Assembly: GCA_965655095.1 (NCBI GenBank)
Contig: OZ296653.1
Coordinates: 45,818,001 to 45,882,000 of the forward strand
Source: Haplodiscus bocki
Taxonomy: Eukaryota
Length of the DNA stretch: 64,000 nt
Direction: 5' to 3'
Position numbers and translations under genes: made by a program. The first letter of the stretch is position 1; each line of letters starts with the position of its first letter. Below are positions 12,965 to 24,099 of this stretch, piece after piece. Under the pieces are notes generated by a model. That model made no database searches. It was not told where the DNA came from and worked only from the letters and a program-made list of their open reading frames with translations.

Positions 12965-13150
12965 GCAGAAATGAGCACGAAAGCCCTAAACTTCGTCAGC
13001 CATTCAGAATCGAGCACGAGAATGCCATTAAATTTCGTCAGCCAATCAGAATCGAGTATTACGTCACCCGAGTCGTCAGCCAATCATCGTCGATCATTAC
13101 GTCACCCGAGTCGTCAGGTAATCAGAATCGAGCAATACGTCACCCGAAAG
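12965..13150. promoter_or_regulatory. Repeated CCAAT + TACGTCA (CRE-like) modules in the putative terminal inverted repeat
   Basis: agccattcagaatcgag, agccaatcagaatcgagtattacgtcacccg, agccaatcatcgtcgatcattacgtcacccg, taatcagaatcgagcaatacgtcacccg. Confidence 0.5.
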
Positions 13151-13273
13151 CTCTCGGTTACGGTGGAGGTCCCTTCTCGGCTCTCGGCTTGAGCCGGCTT
13201 GCTATAGCCTCTCCTAATACATAAGGACCTTCATTCTCCCCCACTTGGTATGCTCACTCTTCTGCTTGTGTCA

Positions 13274-13378
13274 GGAGATTTTGACATAGAAGATTTTGAC
13301 ATAGGAAATTTTGACTCAGAGATTTTGGCATAAGAGATTGTGACTTGGGAGATCTCAACTTAGGAGATTTTGACTTGA
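13274..13378. repeat. 15-bp minisatellite x7 (GGAGATTTTGACATA consensus)
   Basis: Direct tandem copies visible in sequence. Confidence 0.85.
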
Positions 13379-13449
13379 AACCCATTTCTACGTATATGCT
13401 GGTAATATGGACAATAATGTTCCTTCTTTTCCACCTATATGTAATCTCT

Positions 13450-14150
13450 TCCCCGAGTTGACCACTCAGGGCCGACACAGGGCATTCTTAGTAAGATAGA
13501 GATGGTGTACAGGAAGCCAAGAATAACAGTTTACGGGGCCAGAGATGCACAAATGGGGTCTACTAAGTGATCTTTGGGGCCGTAGTAAGTCATCTATGGC
13601 TCAAGTGGGTACATAATACATATATTTCATGTTCTGATAAATTATGCATTTCACCAAAAACAAAGCATGTTCAAGTCTTGGAGGTAAAATCTGGTTAACT
13701 TTATCCTCGTTGAAGGTATTTTATCCTCAAGCCTCTTAAAAATATCAGGGATAAGGAGTTTTTCGAAAAACATATGTTTCGTAATGCCTTAATTTGTCTG
13801 AATAGAAATAAAAAATGAAACAATTCTTTTCAACAAAAATTACTTTGTCCTTTTGGATAAAATGATTTATACCGTTTTCTGAACATAAGCGAAACGCTTG
13901 TTCCTGAATCGACTGTTACTTTTTTTCTACGTTTTTTAGAGGGAAAAACAAAACTTGGAAAAAAATATCTTGATTTGAATTTTCTCTCATTGGGGTGCAG
14001 GGTGCTCTTACTACGGTGCATACCTGGAGACAAGGAATTCTTACTAAAGCCATTGCTTTGCACAGGGAATTCTCACCAAGTTGTTGTTATGGGTTCTGCC
14101 AATGACAGGGTGGGGTTACACGGCTGTGGTGTTCTAAGTTAGCACTTGGA
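13450..14150 (-). repeat. Dispersed ~700-bp repeat, copy 1 (inverted relative to 49255-49940)
   Basis: Shared blocks: ttggca.aacccataacaa.aacttg, ttagtaagaat, tatccaaaaggac, ttggtgaaatgca, catagat.acttact, ct.agaatgc.ctg. Confidence 0.7.
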
Positions 14151-14274
14151 TGGTACACTTTTATCATCTTCCGTCAAAATTGTTTTCTCAAAAGAAATTT
14201 TTCAATTCAGTAGTCGGCGGTTTTTTCTGTTTCCTGAAATTTCCCACGAGGCGCAGATTTTCTTGCAGAGCCGC

Positions 14275-14362
14275 TAGCACCTTGACTAATACAAAAGCGT
14301 GGGCCTCACCGCGGTTAGGAGATTAAAGGTGGCGGGTTCAAATCCCGCTTTCCGCCATGTTT
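14275..14362 (+). mobile_element. tRNA-derived SINE-like fragment
   Basis: B-box GGTTCAAATCC in a T-arm-like stem, ends GCCATGTTTTTT; related copy at 26700-26775 (-). Confidence 0.55.
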
Positions 14363-14619
14363 TTTACTCATTCTTAGATACTCGTCAATCCATTCTAAAT
14401 TTTTAGAACTAAAAAACAGTCTTTTTCGACAAAACTTAAGGTTTTTTGAAAAATGAGTCCATTTTTCTCGAAAGTCTTCTATTTTCCGACCCAACTGAAG
14501 AAACTCAGCATTTCTCAGTGTTTTTCGAAAAATTGAAAAAAAAGTTTCTATTTTTCCAAAAAAAGCCGAAGAGTTATAAAATTCTATAAGTCGGTCAAAA
14601 AATTCATGTAAAAATTTAA

Positions 14620-16923
14620 AGTTTTTCCAGTTTTTGGGTATAAATTTTTTTCTTTACCCTCGTTTCTCCGGTGGTCAAAAAATGCGATATTACTTCAAAA
14701 ATACTTCTACTGGAACGTGTCTTTGTGATCCTCACATTGAGGGAACACCGAAAAAGGTAATTAGTATTGAATTTCCGCAATGTTGCAACTCCTTTTTTTT
14801 CAAGAATACAAGGCTCAGTTTTTTCATTTAGGCCCATCCAGGATCGTTCTACCTGTGAAAGAGTACTACTTTGAAAAATCGGTTGTTTTGTGTCTTGTCG
14901 CACAATCTCCATTGTCCGAAAATTCTGCAAAATGCCATCACTATTGAGGCATTTCAATATTCAAACTGCAATTTCTCCGCAACTACGGTTTGAGTTCATC
15001 AATGAAAATCTCAAAGGAGAGATCTGTTTCTCGTAGAGGGGGATTCGATTGAGAAACCATTGATATTAAACCTTGGATCAAAATCTTGATAGTCCAATTT
15101 TCCCAGGGAACTGTTAAAAAATGATTCATGGCGATTATCGAAATAGTGTTTCTCTGTAACTACAGTTTTGATTTTCTTTATGGGGGTCACAATCAGCAAC
15201 TTTACACTTAGAGAAAAGGATTTTGAGTCAATTTTCAGTCAACTGTTTTTCCACATCAAAATCCGGACACTCCCAAAAATCGATTTCTTTATTTTGCTGA
15301 CTTTTGTACATTTTCACTCTCATTGTTTTCTGTCACTATAGGCTGAATTTTTCCAGCAAGGTCTCAATCGACAGCTTGAAACATTTAAAGTACGATTCAG
15401 TTAGGTATTAAAACGTTTTCATTCTTGCCTCAGGTTTTTCATTGTCCAAACAATCCAAAAAAGCAAACCTTTTTCATTCATCTCTTTATTCAAACTCTTT
15501 TTTCTTTTTAACTATAGGGTTAATTTTGCCGTCAAGGTCTGAATAGAACAAATATTACATTTGAAGGACAATTACTTTTAGATGTTGTGTTTTATAGACC
15601 TTGAATTCTGAAATTAGGAGTGTGATAGTCCGAAAATTCCAAATTGTGCTACCAGTTTTGACATCACGATATTCAAATACTTTCTCCTACGTAACTACCA
15701 GTCTAAATTCCTTCACGAAGGTCCATATCGACAGATTTTTAGCGGCAGAGGTAAGTTGGCTGCTAAAAGTGAACGTTTTCTACTTTGTGTTCGAAAATTG
15801 TTAGTTCAGGAATGCCAGACATATGCTAATGATTTTGACAACTTTTCATCTATTCCACCTACTAGTGCCCCGTAACCAATGACTCAACTCCTAGCTGCAA
15901 TTTATCAATCTTTGTTTTTTTTGATAGACTACTCGATTTGATCATAAGTGATTTCGTACCTTCGTATCTTGTGTCGCAATCCTGATTGTCCAAGAATGCA
16001 AAGAAAGCTCCCAATATTGAAAAATATTTTCATTCAAATTCATGTAACTCCATAACTACAGGCTTGATTAAATCTACCAAAGGTAGTAATCGAAAGTTCT
16101 TTTTTGTTGGAGTGAAATCGGGCTAAAACACTAGCGACCCTGATCCTGAAAAAATACTTGGAATTGAAATCGCCAGAAGTTCTTATACCCGGATAATTTG
16201 GACTGAACTCGATTTTCAAACTTGTTTTCCTTCAAAAATATTGCGTTGAGCTCTCTCTTCATGGTCTCAATGTCTAATTTTCTACGTTTTCTGCATCGTT
16301 CTATTAAAAAATGTGGCTTATCATCCACTCAATGGAATTCTGAGGGACCAGAATTAACAGAAAGTGATGTTGGTCTTGACATGCCTGGAAAATCAACCTC
16401 ATATTTATTCAGCTCTACCTCCTGCAATTTCACTTCACTGTGTCGATCGATTACTTTTTACTTGAAGCAGACTGTTCATTCCTAAAAGTCATAAAATTTC
16501 TCTTTCACATTAGACTTAGAGCCCTGATTGACCAAATGTGGCAAAAGTTTTATTAGTGTTGATTTATCTTGAAATTCCACACCGACTTTCGCGAAAACGC
16601 CATTTTCGAATTCGTATATCAAAGTCCGATTTGACGGTGACATCTTTGTGAATGTTTCTTACATGAAACAAACGCTAATTGTGTCCTTTAGATGAGATTT
16701 TTGATAAACTGAACATGCAAAAATGTTCAATTAATGTTGTTAGTTTGTCGATTATCAAGCTGATTAATCTCTAAATCAATCGGCTTCAATTCTTTCGACA
16801 AGATTTCCATCGAGATGTTTTTGGTCAGTTTTGGTTTATGTGTAAAAATGATTTGTTATTTGTTCGACCACTTTTCTATCCGCCACATTGACGGAAAATA
16901 TCGCAATGCGACTGCGCCTCTTG
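14620..16923 (+). mobile_element. AT-rich repeat family with internal subrepeats, ending in a Helitron-like hairpin + CTTG terminus
   Basis: Recurrent (minus-strand) motifs ATTGAGACC and CAATCAGGG, also seen at 24100-26400 and 50150-52800; terminus cgcaatgcgactgcg-cctcttg|tt, repeated inverted at 49167. Confidence 0.45.
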
Positions 16924-16959
16924 TTTTAAGTGGAATTAATGGGGTCTCATGGTCAACTA

Positions 16960-17620
16960 AGGCGTTTTTTTGTCGGTGGTATAATGACGACTTGTTACTA
17001 TTTTCCGACCATATTCAAAATATGGGAGGCAGGTCATCCACTCAAATGAAGCGTTTTTACCCGATATTTGCCAATTGCGTTCACGTTTTTACCGATGTCC
17101 GTTTACGTTTGGAAATTTTTTTGAAGCACCTAAAATGTTCGTCTGGACACGTGGAATGCAGTTCTGACAACCCTGCCGAAAACGTTTTTACAAAAAATCC
17201 GGAAACTTTTTGCTCAAAATCTAAAAATAATTATAATCTTCTCAAAAATTATATATTTTTCCTCAAAACGTTCTTCTGGACACGTAGGATGCAGTTTCGA
17301 CATCCCTGCCAATTTTTTTTGGTTTTTTTTCGGAAAAAAAGTTGGGTTTTTTTTTCTGAGAAAACGTGATTTTTTCAGAATCGGTTAAGGTGGCAAATTT
17401 GCTGTAGAGTGCGCATCAAAGGAATTTTATTTAATGAAAATGTTTTTTCCACTTTTAGTGGTAAGTTCTTGCAAAAAATCAGGAAGTTTTGAGATTTGGA
17501 AAAGTTTCAAAATTTGACGAAGAAAGTTTTTTTTTAAGAAAAAACGCTTTCTTCCTTTCAAAAGGCATCTTCAACAAAATTGTTGGGCGGAAAGTATGCC
17601 GGTGCTAGCCGGCCGTCTTG
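16960..17620 (+). mobile_element. Non-autonomous Helitron-like repeat with GGACACGT.GAATGCAGTT subrepeats
   Basis: Two subrepeats at ~17145 and ~17278; terminal hairpin gccgg-tgctag-ccggc then cgtcttg|tt; related subrepeats inverted at 51080-51340. Confidence 0.5.
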
Positions 17621-18463
17621 TTAGTGAGTTGCCAAAAAATGTGTCCCCTGGTTTATTAGTGTATCAGCCCAATGTTTGGAATATTAGTTTTCTTGACAAG
17701 CCTTTGCATATTTTTGGATTATCTGGCATTACTTGCCAAGATCCTAATTTCCGTGATTTTTTTTCGGTTTTTTTGGCGAAGATTTAGCAGAAAAAAATTC
17801 ATTTTCTCGGCAAGATGAGCAAAAAATTAACTATACAAAATCCTCAAATGTTGCTACAATATTATTCTTTTACTGTTTTTTTTTGAAATACCGAATCAGA
17901 TTTTTCACACATAACCTATATGTAACTATATTATATGTTACAACAATTAACATATTTTCCAATCTATTTTCCCCAAAAAAACAGGCAATCAGGACAAAAA
18001 TGGTGCACCGAACTTGTTATACCTCGACGTGGTAGCTTATATCTACATTGAAGTTAGAAAAAAATGAAATCTGAAACTTTCCAGTTTACCTTTGATTTTT
18101 TTGACAAGATCTTGGCATGAAACCGAAAAAACCAAGACATTCAACAGCGTTGGGAGCAAAAAAAGCTTTTCTTCCCGATAAACCGCCGTTACAGTTGTTT
18201 TTTCACAGGTCAATAGTCAATTTTCGTAATAACATCTTTGACAGTTGTTCTTGGTTAAAATGGCAACTATTGGAAAAGGTCAAAATACATGTAACATGTA
18301 ACCGCAATTTATTATTTCTTTTGCCCGAATTGTTCAAAATGGTATTTACAACTTTAGGGACCACTGGATTCCGAAGCATGAACAAAACACTTTTCTACCT
18401 GGGGTTATATATTCTGAAAATTCCAGGTTAATCTTTGAAATGATATCTATTGCGCAAATCTAG

Positions 18464-18660
18464 TGGATGATTTACCAATTGAAAAATTTTATAGACCACA
18501 AAACAAAAGCTTTCATCCTCTCATTTTGTACAACCGGGTTCCCAAAACCGGAAGTACAACATTGGCTAACCTCATCTACTTGACAGGCGCCAAAAACAAC
18601 TTCAATGTTGCTCTGGCAAACTTCTCAAGAATGGGTGGAGTTCTATCGCTCGATGATCAA
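18464..18660 (+). CDS. HS2ST1: HS2ST-like exon A (5'-PSB loop)
   Basis: ILYNRVPKTGSTTLANLIY...LSLDDQ; acceptor ctag, donor gttagt. Confidence 0.9.
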
Positions 18661-19009
18661 GTTAGTAAAGATTTCAAGTGATTCCTAATCCATATATGAT
18701 ACATATACCCAACTAACCAATCATAAACAAACTAAAACATCATAAACTTAAGCAACTGCCAATGCAACTTGATTATCGAAGCTCGTATGGTTACATTATG
18801 GTATGGTTAGGGTATGGTAGTTACTACTTTTCGGAAAAGAATTTTATAAGGTAGTTTTGATTGAATTAAAGATGCAAAATCATTGAAAATACCAAATTCT
18901 CAAATACCCAGAAAAAAGCAAATAAATAAAAGATGTGAATTTTAAGCACACTTTTTGTTCACGCTCTACGGTTGATGCGGTTATCCGGTTAGGTAAGGTT
19001 ACATATCTC

Positions 19010-22000
19010 ACCGAAGAATATGCATTTATATATTCTTGTTTAGAAACATTGATAAACTATGACTGTTTTAAGTATTTGAACCGAACCTGAACACCGATAC
19101 AAAAAATAATGAAGTAGATGCAATAAAATTTTGTAACAAACCCTTTTTCTCCTTTCATATTAGATTAAAACATGACACAGACAGCAAGATTTTACCACTA
19201 GTTTGGTTCGAAAGATTTTGTTTGTACAAATTTCTCCCAGCAACTACGGAGAGACATGACCGAAGATAAAATTCAGAAACCGTGCCTTGACGACAAAGAA
19301 GAGTCGGTAGGTGAGTCTATTATTACTGACAAGGGCTGGAGAGGCTCAACCAGTACACAAAGAGAAAATGCAATATAGACACTGGACCACTAATCGAAGA
19401 AAAAAACAACCGGAACACATCTGAACACAAAGGGAACAAGATTCAGCAGATCTTCCTTTGGGCAATGGGACACCAAGACACTCATCAAGTAACAAAATCC
19501 AAACACCGAACAGACTCGGACAAAAACAAAGTTGACAAATTGCTGATATTGTAATATTGCTTGCCGAAAAGAGAAAAATACAACTTTTGCGGAGATTTCT
19601 TTTGGGCCAAACAGTCTGATAGAGAAACACCAGAAAACCTTTCAGAGACACTGATGAACCTCAGCAGTTTATGATTTCCTCAATGTCAGCGCTAAACTAG
19701 TTCACTGAAGTTTCATCACATTAATTACCGGAAAAAATGAAAGAAGAAACTGATAAAACAAAAAGTTTTAGATGTAACGGAAACAATGGAACAAATAGAC
19801 CAGAGTACGTTGGACAGAAAAAAAACGGAACGGACACAATATCGGAGGGTTTGAAAGAGCAGATAACCTCAACAAAAGAAGAAGAAATTAAAGACAAATT
19901 GATACAAAAAACAACTGACACTTGAAAACACGGTAGAAAGTCGGAAGAGAAACACAAAGAGAGAATTTGCAGACACACAAAATTGGGAGAGCAAAAAAAA
20001 ATATTCGACCCGGAATTCTTTGTTATGACTGTGTAAAAAGGAACACTTCGCAAGAGCATGCAAAAATGAACGACAGAGACCACAATAGACCATGGAAATT
20101 ACCGATCCGGCGAACAGGAAGAAATCAAAAAAACTTTTATTGGGAAGTTGAGAAAACTTTCAAACGAGAGAAAACAATTCACGTACAAAGGAATAACTAT
20201 CACAATGATGATGGAAACTGACGAACCCGAAAGAGTTTCACACTTTTGTCACACATGTACTGCTTTTTGACGCCGGATGGCTGTTTACATTAACACAACA
20301 ACAATAAATATGAAAAAAAAGTCAAAAAAAATTCATCAGTACGCAACAAATACCAGGACAACGAGAATGAAGTAGAACGTTTCGGAAAGATTGCGGTGGA
20401 ATGCGAGAATGAAGGAATCATAAAGCTTCTGCATATTCCCATCACCAGGAGCAAAGACCTCAAGCCGTCACTCAGTATGGACTGCCTACGTGAAATTACT
20501 TGACCGATAAAAAATACGCACAAGTTGACGAAAAGGATCGACCTGGCAAAAAAGTAGGTAAACATCGAATTTCAAGGACTATTCAAGTTCACCCCATCAC
20601 AAACGATACCAAAATCAAAATCCAACTAAATCAGCGACTTCCTCCGGTGAAACAGAAAACCACACTAATAACACACCTACAATAATACATGGAAAGAGAA
20701 ACATGCACCGGACTTTGAAAAATTTTCAAAAATTGAAGAAATTTGTTTACTATATTCGTTGTTCATATCCGTGAGAAAAAAATTCAGTGAACCTTACAAT
20801 ACGTTCAATAAAAATGCAGGACAGGGGTATTAAATTGAGATTTCATATGCCGAACATTGGAAACTTGCTGAAACAAATATTCACAGAGAAAACGAACGAG
20901 CAAATAGTCTTTTTATGAATAATAAAGAGAAGATCGTGAACTCGCATACAGCCAGTTAAAGCTATCCGATGGAACCAGCCAATATTTTAATTTTGCAAAA
21001 ACACGGTTAAAAAATGGGCTGATCTTACAGATTCTAGTGGAAAAGTTAATATTTAGCGATATCCGGACAATTTTTTAAGATAAAAATGTCTGGCCGTTGA
21101 AGTACCAGCCGTCATTATGGCTAGAAAAATCAATAGTAATAACAACGGGAGAGAAACAGATTAACCATATAAAATTTTGCCAGATCCTGAAATAAAGCCA
21201 GCAAAACAAAAGTCGAACGCTTCTTTACGAACCCAAGATGGCGGGGTTGCGAAATCAGTGATCAGGGAATACAACTGATCAGATAAAACATTAAAGCAAT
21301 ATTACATTTGAATTCGCCGTTATCAGTCAAGGAACTGAATTCATTCCGTGGAGCTGTTAATTACAACGAAGAAGTCCTGCTTTTTTTTCAAAATTAAAAC
21401 CGACCAGCTGAGACAGTTATTGATCAATAGAAACGCACTGGATGTGGACTGACAAAGAAAAGGGAGATTTCTGCAAGAGGAAAAAATTAGAACGGCAGTA
21501 CCGACTGTGGTACACGTCATTAGGAGCGGAAGTTACAATCTAAGGGACAGGGACACTCAGGAAAGAACGGACACGAAAAAACAATGTGGCGCAAGGAGAG
21601 TAATGAAACATTACCGCCAATGGCAGGAGCGGTTAGATATTTGATTGCAGATATTTGATTGGAGATATTTCGCTTTTATCTTCAAATAACAACGGGGCCT
21701 CTACATACCGTTCATTATTTGTTAGAACCATTAATAAAATGCAAACGAGCTTGACGACAGAACAGTGCTCGAACATTATGATGGCTGGACAGACTAGAAG
21801 ACTTTTTACAATTTTATACGTTAAACTGTTGGAAGGAACCTAACGGTCAAGCAAATTTCGAGGAAATACCCCATGGAGAAGCCATATAACGATGATATTT
21901 AAAAGTTGGATTTTTCATTAAAAACAACTTTGTAAAATTCAAATCTAAACTATATTTACGGTTGAATCCCACAGAGAAAAGTGAACTTTCGATCCACCGA

Positions 22001-23960
22001 CCAAAATAATGACACAACTTTAGCGACGATCGACACTATTTTAATGACGAACGATAACAGAATCATTACATCTGAAGGTTTTAAAAAGCAAGTAGTGGAG
22101 GTACTACACTTTGGTCATCGCGCTTCTACAAAAACTTGTGCGGACACTAGCTTGAGCTGTTGCTCCAGATTCGAAAAGGACATTGAACAGCAAAGAAATT
22201 TCTGCACAGTCTATATGGGGTCCGGCCGAATTTATATTATCAATCACTGTCAACGGATAAAAATTAAAACATGGGTTCTGGGAGCGGCGGGACGGAAAGT
22301 AAAGAATACTTTTCTCTGGAATTTTACACAAAAGAGTGCTCTCTGTGGACTATCTTCTTTTTGTCAAGAGTAGATTCAATAAATTGCCTTTACATTGGTT
22401 ACAGAAATCAATCGAATCAAAAGACAGGGCCAAACTTCAGAAAGGCTATGTCAATTCATTTAAAGTACCGTAGAAAGGAACCTGGCACCGGGTTAGCGCA
22501 ATTTTATCCGAAACAAAAAGATTTTATAAAAAGAGAAACAATTAGATTGCTCAAAGCTCATCGAAAATACACATTGGAACAACTGCGGTGGAATGCACAA
22601 TAAAATCTCCGAAACACCTGATATTAGAGAAAATGGAAAGTACCTTTGTTTTCCCAGAGAGCCTAAACCGAATGTTGAGAGATTACTCTTTACCAAACAC
22701 ACCGGATTTCAATCACACCGTTTGAGGTACTGCACAAGGAAAAGTTGAGAACCGAGTTGACCAATTTATCTATAGATAACGAATGCTGCCTATCGGACGG
22801 TTTTCAAATGAACAATTCTGTCTCACTTGAGCAAAATTTGATACTTATGGGTTGGATTGCAGAAGAAGTGATGAATGACATTGTGATGGCCATATAAAAA
22901 TTTCATTTTGTTCGGCGCAAAGATCAACAATGTTAAAACTGCAAAAACTGTCGGAGAAAAATTGAAACGTCCAATCTCATTTTTCGATAGAATAACTCAA
23001 ATATGGAATGGAAGTAGAGAGACGAGCCCAGAATAGATAGACAGGAGCAAAACCACGGTCCGTACCACTGATAATATAATTTTACATCGGAAAATATTTT
23101 CATCACAGAATAAAAATCAGTTTTCAATCAAAACAGACAGAAAGAGAGAGAGAAAGAGAGAGGAGAGAGAGAGAGAAAGAAAGGGAGAGAAGTGTTTTCC
23201 AACTGGCATAAACTCATAAACAGGGCGGAAAATTTGTGACTGCTTCGAATTCAACTGAACAAGAAGCCAAGCTACATGGCGGAGTCCCCACCAAGATCGA
23301 AAAAAATCGAATCAGAGAACATGGATTGTGTGTTAAGACATTGCTGTGAAAAATCAGTCGGGTGGCAAACCTGTGATTGTTGATGTCGACGTTCAGATGG
23401 AAGCAGAAGAAAAAAATACGATCCTTGCATTGCTAGCGAAAGATTCTGGCGAAGAAATCAACAGTAAAACTGTCAATGGGGCGGGAACAATAAATCCAAT
23501 TGGAGTTTCCAAATTACGGAGATCTCCAAAAAACTTAGTCTTTGGAAGCTCTGAAAAAGACCACTTGTTTTTGAAATACCAATTGCATTTTAACTTTTTT
23601 ATACAGAGGTTTGACCAGGCAGCAACCCTCGAAACCGAGAACAATGACAAAGAACGAACTACTTTGTGACCACAACCCGGATAAGGATGAGTAGAACTTG
23701 GAAACTAGGTTGACAGTAATCTGTTGAGGTAGATCCATTAGTTCAGTTATGTAACCGTAACTTGTTTGACCGAAGGAAATGTAGTCATTTACTCTTCTCT
23801 ACAAAAATTGAATCACCATGGTTTGTTTTACAGACTTGAACCGAACCTGACCTTTTCAAGAGTAGGTTCTTGGTAAAGGTAGAGGCAGAAGAACTATTGA
23901 GCAATCTCTTTTTCTCGTTTTGTATTAGAATGGAACAGTTCAATCTTCTAACAGTTTTGA
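19010..23960 (+). mobile_element. Highly decayed Ty3/Gypsy LTR retrotransposon in HS2ST intron
   Basis: Gag knuckle remnant (CYDC ~20020), protease-like FDAG (~20265), RT/RNaseH/integrase remnants (VLHFGH..K integrase zinc finger ~22100); matching LTR remnants ~19010-19200 and ~23770-23960 (shared ttgaaccgaacctga). Confidence 0.65.
23135..23190. repeat. GA-rich microsatellite
   Basis: gagagagagaaagagagaggagagagagagagaaagaaagggagag. Confidence 0.9.
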
Positions 23961-24099
23961 CGCGCAAGTCAATGTTAGAGATCACTCCCTGTTAATCACC
24001 CCAGAAGTAACAACTTACGATCAACGTTTGGACCCGGCTCTACCAGAGACAAAATGTAGCAAGTCGAATGGTTGCTCAAAATGCCATGCTTCAGAAACA

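Larger units (their letters stand above)
1..13254. mobile_element. Decayed Polinton/Maverick (adintovirus-like endogenous dsDNA virus), left part outside window
   Basis: Remnants of pPolB, A32/FtsK-like ATPase, rve integrase, minor and major capsid proteins and adenain protease in a typical Polinton arrangement; repeat-rich terminal region ending ...CCCCACTTGGTATGCT (3'-CT end is typical of Polinton TIRs). Confidence 0.9.

Noticed and set aside
12884-13192. 102-aa ORF in the Polinton terminus
   Set aside because: Translation simply mirrors the CCAAT/CRE DNA repeats; non-ATG start
1-13254. Active virus or prokaryotic prophage
   Set aside because: Core genes carry stops and frameshifts; the gene set is Polinton-type and flanked by spliced eukaryotic genes
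14275-14362. Functional tRNA genes (also 26700-26775 and 57136-57210)
   Set aside because: Only a B-box/T-arm is recognisable; no complete cloverleaf; dispersed divergent copies fit SINEs
16815-17369. 184-aa ORF
   Set aside because: Spans the junction of two non-coding repeats; low-complexity F/K-rich translation
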